DNA of 62,933 nt, counting the filler, from Octopus bimaculoides (Eukaryota), in the NCBI RefSeq assembly GCF_001194135.2. It is 8 parts of 8 records of this genome, joined end to end, with 100 filler letters (N's around TTAATTAATTAA, not from the genome) between each part and the next. Parts side by side here need not be neighbours in the genome. Positions count along the whole stretch, not along the records: positions 50,368 to 55,266 come from NC_068988.1; positions 55,367 to 61,372 come from NC_068981.1; positions 61,473 to 62,933 come from NW_026391994.1; 5 more parts are not named here. The stretch is one strand, 5' to 3'. Numbering within the stretch: position 1 is the first letter of the stretch; each line of letters begins with the position of its first letter. The position numbers and the translations under genes are program-made. The notes under the pieces are model-generated. The model had not been told where the DNA came from, made no database searches, and saw only the letters and a list, made by a program, of their open reading frames with translations. Positions 53,401-62,933 of the stretch are shown piece by piece.

Positions 53401-54577
53401 ATTTCAAGAGGAACATGCAGGAACGTAGAAAAATCATGACCGTATATAAATACAGATATTGGGAATGATTAAAAAGGAAACTTTAAACAACATTCCGAAA
53501 AATTTTGAATACTGCAGAATATTCAGTTATCAAGTGTTAAAAATACACTTGGAGATTTCAATAAATTTTACAATATTTTATAACATTTTCAGTTGCTTAG
53601 TATTTACTATTCTCTTAGTAATTCACTGGCTACAAATATTAAACAACAGCCATACATACTTCGATATAGAGATACACATTAATATAATACATAATATGCA
53701 TATATATATATATATATAAATTTCTTTACGAGCTTCTGTGTGAATTCTTCTTATTCTATTTATCAAAATTAACTCAAAAGGCTCTAGTGGATTGTAGTTT
53801 CTAGCACAAGCTTACTTAATATGTGCAGTGCAGATCGATTCCTGATTCATATGGTTGCCTTGCAAACTTCTTAACTACATATCTATGCACTTAATCTTTT
53901 TAAAAGATATATTCCTTTTATTTTTATGAAAACATTTTGTCGATATTGGACCTTTTCATTGAAATATATTAGAATGAAATTTCAAGGAAGAAAATGCATT
54001 CTATTTTAAATAAGTTGCTTGAAACAGCATGTAACATTTAGCGTTATAATATTTCTACTTTTAGTTTTGTTTTATTCTCTTTCGCTATTTATGTTCACAG
54101 TTGCATATCGATCATTTTCCCTGTTAATTGAAGTTGCATTCAGTAATACCTTTCACCTAGTTATTACATTGACAGAGTGTGTGCAGGGTTGCTTCTATGA
54201 AATGATAATATCCTGTGACTTTTTATCGGAGTCATTAGTTACTGAACGGTTTTGTTGTTTTGTTCAATGTGTTTTTTGATGAGTTTGTTGTGATAGGTGA
54301 ACACCATTAACAAGGGACAAAAATGAAAGAAAGGAAGTGTGAACCGCTGTAAAGGGAATAGTGAAAATAAGAGAAACAGAGAAATTCATCATAAAGGAAG
54401 ACAAAAGAGAATTGAAGGGAAGTATACACATTAGGAGAAATGGATAAGAAACAAACAAACCGGGAGGGGCATTCACTCTGTATGTTGTAGAAGGCAATAA
54501 CATGCGAACAGAAAATCTGAAACAAAAGAAAGAGAGCGAGAGAGAGAGAGAGAGCGTGGGAGAAATTGAGAGAGAGA

Positions 54578-54632
<55 letters not shown>

Positions 54633-55110
54633 AGAGAGTGAAAAGAAATAAAACCCAAGATTTGGAAAGATAGAAAAAGAAATAGAATGCATGACTTTGA
54701 AAAATTACAGAACCAAACATTTCAAATATTAAAAAAGAAAAAATCGGTGAAATATCTGTGTTAATGGAGTTGTTATACCGAAAGGATTACAACGTGGGCA
54801 TGCCGTTCCCACAAATGTAATTCTTTCCCAAATACATTGTAATTCACATCCGAGGATCGAATGAAGTAATAATATGCTATTGAAGGACTCATCTATGAGT
54901 CCGATGCATCTTATAGCAAGAAAGAATTGTAAGGTCATAAAGTTCATAAGATAACAATTTATTCTGTTGTCATTTCTGTTTCTTATTAGCGCTCAGCTAA
55001 CAATGCCTGTTGTGAAACTTGCGTATATTGAGTTTTACACCGGGTTATCGTTCTCACAATGCTTAAGCAATATATAAATTGGATGCATGTATTATTGTCC
55101 CTAATAATAT

Positions 55111-55151
<41 letters not shown>

Positions 55152-55157
55152 GATAGA

Positions 55158-55188
<31 letters not shown>

Positions 55189-55366
55189 ACCTAAATAAGT
55201 ATCACATGTTAATAATAGTTTGGATAGCAAGTTTAGACGTTTATAGGTAAAGTATAAATAAAATACNNNNNNNNNNNNNNNNNNNNNNNNNNNNNNNNNN
55301 NNNNNNNNNNTTAATTAATTAANNNNNNNNNNNNNNNNNNNNNNNNNNNNNNNNNNNNNNNNNNNN

Positions 55367-55407
<41 letters not shown>

Positions 55408-56528
55408 CATACATACATACATACATACATACACGAAGGCGACGATCTGGCAGAATCGTTAGCAATCCAGGCGAAGTTCTTAGCGGCATTTTGCCTGTCT
55501 TTAAATTCTGAGTTCATATTCCAGTACACGCGAAAGTGTCTGTGTCTGTGTATATATGCAAAACTACATACATACAAACAAACGCATATATATAAACACA
55601 TATGGAAACCCATACGCATATATATGAATACTTACATATATGTGTATTTAAGTATACACGAATACGCATATATATATATATATATATATANNNNNNNNNN
55701 NNNNNNNNNNNNNNNNNNNNNNNNNNNNNNNNNNNNNNNNNNNNNNNNNNNNNNNNNNNNNNNNNNNNNNNNNNNNNNNNNNNNNNNNNNNNNNNNNNNN
55801 NNNNNNNNNNNNNNNNNNNNNNNNNNNNNNNNNNNNNNNNNNNNNNNNNNNNNNNNNNNNNNNNNNNNNNNNNNNNNNNNNNNNNNNNNNNNNNNNNNNN
55901 NNNNNNNNNNNNNNNNNNNNNNNNNNNNNNNNNNNNNNNNNNNNNNNNNNNNNNNNNNNNNNNNNNNNNNNNNNNNNNNNNNNNNNNNNNNNNNNNNNNN
56001 NNNNNNNNNNNNNNNNNNNNNNNNNNNNNNNNNNNNNNNNNNNNNNNNNNNNNNNNNNNNNNNNNNNNNNNNNNATATATATATATATATATATATATAC
56101 ATGCATACATATCAGAGTATGTGCGAGAAAAGGATTTCATTATGGTTTATAAACACATTAGGAACTTTTCAGCGGCATTTTTGATAATTTCAATTTAGAT
56201 TCAACTGGAGAGATTTATGACGAATACTCTTTCCTTAAATAACATTCAACTGGTGCTGAGTTATGGGATTAAGATGTATTTTAAAGCCAAGTCTGTTATT
56301 TATCGGTAATAAATAAATATAATACAAACAGCTTCGATAATATTTGACAAATCTGTAAATCAAAATGATCATACCAGATCTATCGTTCTTTCTCCCTCTT
56401 ACTTTGTTTTTAAGTGTATATGTCTCTTTCTCTTTCACTTCCTGTTCACTTACATGCATATCGACATACATGCATGCAAGTACCCATACACAAAGACACA
56501 CCGATGTAATTATATTTATCAGTACGTG

Positions 56529-56568
<40 letters not shown>

Positions 56569-57592
56569 AGTTTACATATATATGAATCTATGCATGTGTA
56601 TGCCTATATATGTATGTATGTATGAATATATGTGTAATCATATGTGTTAGTTTTACTTCACGAGGAACAAAGGTTTTGCGAAACTCCAATTTGTTTTATT
56701 AGCGTATATAAAAGATTTCATTGTCACCATGAAAATCTGGAGATATGTATTGTGCTATCAGAATAGGCAATATTATTAATACGTAAATTTATATTATTGA
56801 ATATAATTTCTGGTAAATGTACATAAATGCTTTGACTGAGAAATTTCATGAATGTTTGTACTCTGCATTGTTATAAGTTCATAAACAAATCCTTCCCTTT
56901 TCTTATTGTGTCAACTTATCCTGCACAACGAGTAACCTCTTTTGCATTATTCAACGAGCAATTTGACGTTCAGTACCCTATTTTTGGTCAGAACCATTTG
57001 AACGATCCTGTATGGTCGGCATTTTTTGTTGCATTATAATGCAGTTTGAGAGAAAGACGCAGGTGTTTCAGCGTATATCATTTAATAATTTCAAATACAA
57101 TAAGCACCAAATTATCATGTTATATTGGTTGGAAACAATTGCAAAAGATTGCACATACTTATATGTATATATACAACATATGAATACTTACATATATGTA
57201 CGTATACACTCATATATATGTACGTATTCACACGACCGGTTTAATTGCCTGTCTAAATTCAACGTGATATATGGTCAAAATACCACCTCAGTGAATATAA
57301 TGACAAAGTACATATATAAATTTATATAAATAAGGATAAGATCGTTAATTAAAATACTGATCATATCAAATGGCCAACATGGGAATATATATATATATAT
57401 ATGCAGTCATAGTGGGTCACTCCTTGATGGTTATTAGTCGAACAAATCGCTCCAAGGAACTATTATTATTATTATTATTGTTATTATCATCATTACTCTG
57501 TCGGTCTCTTTTTGCCGAGCAACTAATTTACGGGGACGTAAACACACCACGACCTCTTGTCAAGTGGTGGGGGAGGACAAACACAGACTTAG

Positions 57593-57638
<46 letters not shown>

Positions 57639-57923
57639 NNNNNNNNNNNNNNNNNNNNNNNNNNNNNNNNNNNNNNNNNNNNNNNNNNNNNNNNNNNNNN
57701 NNNNNNNNNNNNNNNNNNNNNNNNNNNNNNNNNNNNNNNNNNNNNNNNNNNNNNNNNNNNNNNNNNNNNNNNNNNNNNNNNNNNNNNNNNNNNNNNNNNN
57801 NNNNNNNNNNNNNNNNNNNNNNNNNNNNNNNNNNNNNNNNNNNNNNNNNNNNNNNNNNNNNNNNNNNNNNNNNNNNNNNNNNNNNNNNNNNNNNNNNNNN
57901 NNATATATATATATATATATATA

Positions 57924-58796
57924 TAGGCTGCGATGAGTAAATTGTTGCCATTTTATATTTTTAATATCGCACAAGCGTCTTGTTTGTTTTTGGTTTTTCG
58001 ACTACACGATATATTAGGGTCAGTTGGGCACCGTCTGTGAGAAAAACAGCACCATAACGCAATTAATTCTGCCATAACTTGGAAATGACACGCTATACTG
58101 CTTGGCATTCGTACCGGAAGTTCCAATACGAATATTTCAGTGTGTTTGGGTGTCAATTTGAGGACAGTGCATTGCCGAGAGTATTAAAAATCAAACATGT
58201 AGTCAACATAATGATGTTTAGAATGACCACGCTATGGCGACGTTATACCTCCATTCATATTTGCACACGGCCTCAAACTCAACTTGAAGCCTACATCAAG
58301 TACCTGGATGAGGGAGTGCTGCCTGGGGTCAAGAGGGTCGCTGCTGGAAGACCCTATGTTTAGCAACCGGACTCTGCACCATGCTACACAAGCAGGAGAA
58401 CCCAGTCATGGCTGTCAGACAATTTCTGCGATCACATCACCTGTAACATTTGGCCACATAACTCTCCACACTGCAACCCCCTTGATTATTATGTGTGACG
58501 CGCAGATGAACGAGAGACCATCAAAACTCCTCATAACACCAAATATGAACTGAAGGCAAGAATTATGGCAGCATTCACAAAGTTGAACGAGGGGACCGTC
58601 CAGAATAGTTGCAGGAGATTATGAAGTCATCTGGAGGTCGTAGTTGAAGCCAAGGGCGATTTTACTCAATAACTTTACTGTTTAGTATTTCAATATATTT
58701 TATGTACATCTTGGCAAATATATCTGTTAAAATGAAATGACAGCGTTATTTTCATCTTAGCATAATTTAGATGACACTTTATTCACAGCACCTTAT
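57924..58796 (+). mobile_element. Internally deleted Tc1/mariner maT-type (DD37D) transposon
   Basis: YV*QPDSAPCYTSRRTQSWLSDNFCDHITCNIWPHNSPHCNPLDYYV has 37 residues between the two catalytic D. Contains stops and frameshifts; imperfect TIRs with TA flanks. Confidence 0.88.
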
Positions 58797-59599
58797 ATAT
58801 ATGAGTGAATGAAAAAAAAATAGAGGCACTCAACGTATTTACTCTGAGTTGTATATATCAATATAAATATTCCGAAATGTAAAGTGTGTTGGAGTGGGGA
58901 AGAAAACCAGCGTAGAATACTTGTTATATCATATCACGCTTAATCAGAACAGTTATTTCTATGAAAACACTAAAGAGAAAGTAATCTGCGAGAAAGCACT
59001 AAACCTATATGAGCAATAATTGCTAATAGGAAGGTATTTTTCGTTGATAATAGATAACGTCATGCTTTCCTGATCTTGCATTTAAACAAATGAATTAAGC
59101 GAAATAGCTGCATGACGACTGATTGAATACCATGGAGGGAAACATATTTAGGTGTGCCAAAGTAGCACATTGTTTACTAATGGGATATTTGAGTTGGTCA
59201 TTTTACGCTTAATCTGCTGATTCTCCACCTCCACACACACAAACACCTTCCTTGCTCTTGTGTTAAAGCTAATGTGATGATTCGAACGAGAAAAAAAAAA
59301 ATCAATATTTCTTGTCAGAATTTTGCACTGTTCAAGCTACAAGTGGTTACACACGAAACAGACGTCCGCGTGTTAATTGATCTATCGCAGGTTACTAGGT
59401 ACTTTGTTATAGAATCTCAGCAACAACTATGAAAAGAGATTGAAGAGACATGTACTGTAAACCGAATTCTAATCACAGGTTCTATAGAAAAATGCCGAAA
59501 TGCATTCTTCAGTGGAAATGGTCAATTAACTAAAAATTGTTGGCCAACTTTTTAAGCCATCACTCTTTTGCTTCGTATCTTGCATAACTAACTAACATG

Positions 59600-59657
59600 C
59601 ACAGATAGATAAATAGATAGATGGATAGAAAGATGTATAGATTAACGGAATCCATAC

Positions 59658-59718
<61 letters not shown>

Positions 59719-59794
59719 GAGCGAGCGAGTTGGAATGGGGAAGAAAACCAGCGTAGAATACTTGTTATATCATATATTATATCATAAAGATAGT

Positions 59795-59877
<83 letters not shown>

Positions 59878-59969
59878 AAAGGTTTATAAATTGACGGAGT
59901 CCATATCTATCTATCAGTCTGTCTGTCTGCCTGTCTGTCTGCCTGTCTGTCTATCTATGTATCTGTCGA

Positions 59970-60003
<34 letters not shown>

Positions 60004-60032
60004 TCTCTATCTATATATATATATATAGATAT

Positions 60033-60091
<59 letters not shown>

Positions 60092-60160
60092 TTTAGATTT
60101 ATAAATAAATGAATAAATAAACATAGGTAATGAGATAGATTGATAGATAGGTGTTTATTT
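59600..60160. repeat. Alternating (TATC)n/(GATA)n tetranucleotide arrays
   Basis: Direct reading; orientation switches several times. Confidence 0.9.
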
Positions 60161-62111
60161 AATATAATAAATGTAAATAATACTGTCTACGGTATTTTAA
60201 ATAAAAACTTTAAGTAAATATGTAATCAATGGCATGGTTGTACATATATTTCAGCTGTTGTTTCTTTCAGTCCCATATATCTGATCACTGAATTTTAAAT
60301 GAAAAATTAGTGGGGAATTATATTTGTGTATCTGCAGAAATTTGAGAGTAGTGTTCAGTTCACTTCACTGCACTTTTCTCAAAACTGAATAAATATAATT
60401 CTCTCCAAATATAAAAATTTAAAACTACTCATATCAGAACTGCGTAAGTGAATCTAATATACTAGATAATAACCGAAAAAAACAGAAAACGTAAATAGCT
60501 ATTACGACAGTGAGTTCTTTTTTTTTTTTTTTTTTAGTCAAATATGTCCTTCAAATTTCGCATTTAGAAAATTTCCTTCCACCATTATATAAAATTTTTG
60601 AGAATTTACTCGAAAGTATATATTAATGAAAGAATTCTAGCTTTCACATGAAACAGGTATATTTAAGCGCGATGTTGATGGAGAAATCTTAAAACATAAG
60701 AAGATATATAATGCATCTACTTATGTTTAAGGAAAGCTTTGAAAAAGCACTTAATCCGTCCATCTATGTGTCTGCTTTAGAGAATTTAACAAAAAAACTA
60801 GTAAAAGAATGATGGCAGGCAAAAAAAAAAAAAATCAAATTTATCTCTTCCATTGAATAATGCATTTGGGAATTTTTTGACGAAACCTGTGACAAGAAAT
60901 CAGTTTACAGTATGTGACACGTCAGTCACTGCTGATAATCACTTCTGATATTTGATAAAAAAAATTACGTATCGAGCCATATTTTTCCATGGGGCAAACT
61001 TGAAAGATTTCCAGCACATTAACACTATTATGCCAGCATTCACCTAAAATAGTAATATATTACTCATTACACCATATTATATATCTATATAACGCGATGT
61101 AGATGAAAGAGGGACAACTAACGAAGGGATATACACTTTATGCTGCATGTCTCGTTTCTGTTTGTTTTTTTAGTTGTTAAAAAAAGTTCGTTTTCTATGT
61201 TTTTGTTTTTGTTTTCGTTTCCCATTGCGTTCAACGTTTTTTTTTTATGTCTCGTACCCATATATGCATGTATATATACATATATATGTAAGTATGTATA
61301 TATATATATATACATGTATGGATATATGCATATATTTATATATTATTTATATACATATATATATATATATATNNNNNNNNNNNNNNNNNNNNNNNNNNNN
61401 NNNNNNNNNNNNNNNNTTAATTAATTAANNNNNNNNNNNNNNNNNNNNNNNNNNNNNNNNNNNNNNNNNNNNACTGAGGACTGGTGAAACCAGATGGCTA
61501 CACCAGGCTCCAATCTGATTGGAGCTTGGTGTATATAATATATATATATTTTTATATAAATCTATGTAGCATACATACACATATACATATATCATCATCA
61601 TCATCATCGTTGTTTAACGTCTGCTTTCCATGCTAGCATGGGTTGGACGATTTGACTGAGGACTGGTGAAACCGGATGGCAACACCAGGCTCCAATCTGA
61701 TTTGGCAGAGTTTCTACAGCTGGATGCCCTTCCTAACGCCAACCACTCCGAGAGTGTAGTGGGTGCTTTTACGTGTCACCCGCACATACACACACACACA
61801 TACGCATGCATATGTATGTATATTTATATATATAATATGTATTACTTGTTCTTTAACCAAAATTGCCTTGTTTCAAAATTGTTTATAATTAATTAACAAC
61901 TGCTGTTAATATTTCTTATGCAGTTCTTGACATCCTTAATTCCATTTCTCCGCCAATATAAAGCTCTGATGAAGTTCATCTCGAATCCTTTGCATTCTCA
62001 CATTCTAAACCCTGCAGAAGGCACTGCACTGGTCACCGATTCTGCTATTCCTGTCAATGTAAGAAACACTTTACTCTTTTTTTCTTGTTTGTGTTTATTT
62101 GTTAAATTTAA

Positions 62112-62731
62112 CCCTTTCTGACCATATTTTTGTTGATGTACTCTTCTTTAATTTCAATTAATTTTGATAATACTCATTTACTCATTTACCTGTTTCAGTC
62201 ATTTGACTGTGGCCACGCTGGAGCACCGCCTTTAGTCAACCCCAAGACTTATTCTTTGGAAGCCTAGTACTTATTCTATCGGTCTCTTTTGCCGAACCGC
62301 TAAGTTACGGGGACGTAAACACACCAGCATCGGTTGTCAAGCGATGTTGAGGGGGACAAACACACAAACATATACATACACACACATACATAGATATATA
62401 TATATATATACGACGGGCTTCTTTCAGTTTCCGTCTACCAAATCCACTCACAAGGCTTTGGTCGGCCCGAGGCTATAGTAGAAGACACTTGCCCAAGGTG
62501 CCACGCAGTGGGACTGAACCCGGAACCATGTGGTTGGTAAGCAAGCTACTTACCACACAGCCACTCCTATGCCTAATGAAGAATTTTATGCTAAAATAAT
62601 TTTGTCATCATTTGTTTGGAACTTAAATTAGCATGAAATTTTAATGGGAAGTTTTGATTTAAATCAATTTAAAGTAGAAAGTTTGTATCATAGACCCAAG
62701 GGTGGTCTTAGGCATGTTGGTGTCAAAAGGG
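62112..62731. mobile_element. piggyBac-type MITE interrupted by two SINEs
   Basis: TTAA|CCCTTTCTGACC at the left and GGTGTCAAAAGGG|TTAA at the right. SINE C (~62185-62365, +) and SINE A (62408-62570, -) lie inside. Confidence 0.65.
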
Positions 62732-62933
62732 TTAAGAAAAGCATGATGGAGATGGAACAATCTGGAAGATAAATCCTATGACTAGGATATGGATATTTCT
62801 GTTAAAAAAAACACTGACTTTATTTTAATTAATTTTGAAATTAATGAAGAATTTAATGAAATAATTTCGTATGTGTATTTGGGGTGCAAGATTCTTGATG
62901 TGGATACGTGTGTTGAAAGAAATACGATTAAAC

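Noticed and set aside
54745-55035. Open frame with a single in-frame TGA (selenoprotein-like) ending NNACCETCVY
   Set aside because: No acceptor or start, no recognisable selenoprotein motif, and no SECIS identified; consistent with chance.
61640-61680. CTGAGGA-CTGGT-GAAAC hammerhead-like core in SINE family D
   Set aside because: It lies on the strand opposite to the SINE's tail orientation, stem I cannot form, and a competing tail hairpin uses the same bases.

Overview
AT-rich, repeat-dense, gapped eukaryotic genomic DNA. It is most likely an octopus (inference from the SINE families, microsatellite load, KRAB-less C2H2 gene and TTAATTAATTAA gap markers). Three genes are supported. (1) A minus-strand DNAJC4-like J-domain gene with four phase-compatible coding exons (5786-5871, 4490-4589, 3683-3897, 543-731); its last exon was not found. 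(2) A minus-strand 12-finger C2H2 zinc-finger ORF (16801-17838) followed by four more frameshifted fingers. (3) A plus-strand PSMG4 gene (exons 29946-30024 and 40639-40757); its first coding exon was not found. The most anomalous feature is a ~4.2 kb CpG-rich block (9882-14053) between the ZNF 3' end and the putative DNAJC4 promoter. It consists of a GC-rich sub-repeated head plus a palindrome-rich 62-bp satellite with ~855-bp higher-order periodicity. Also present are Penelope-like, RTE-like, maT (DD37D) and piggyBac-type relics, many SINEs, several fold-back structures including ~390-bp inverted arms inside a PSMG4 intron, a degenerate hammerhead-like motif, and weak traces of a decayed minus-strand multi-exon gene. 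All calls come from manual reading; no database searches were run, and repeat boundaries are approximate.
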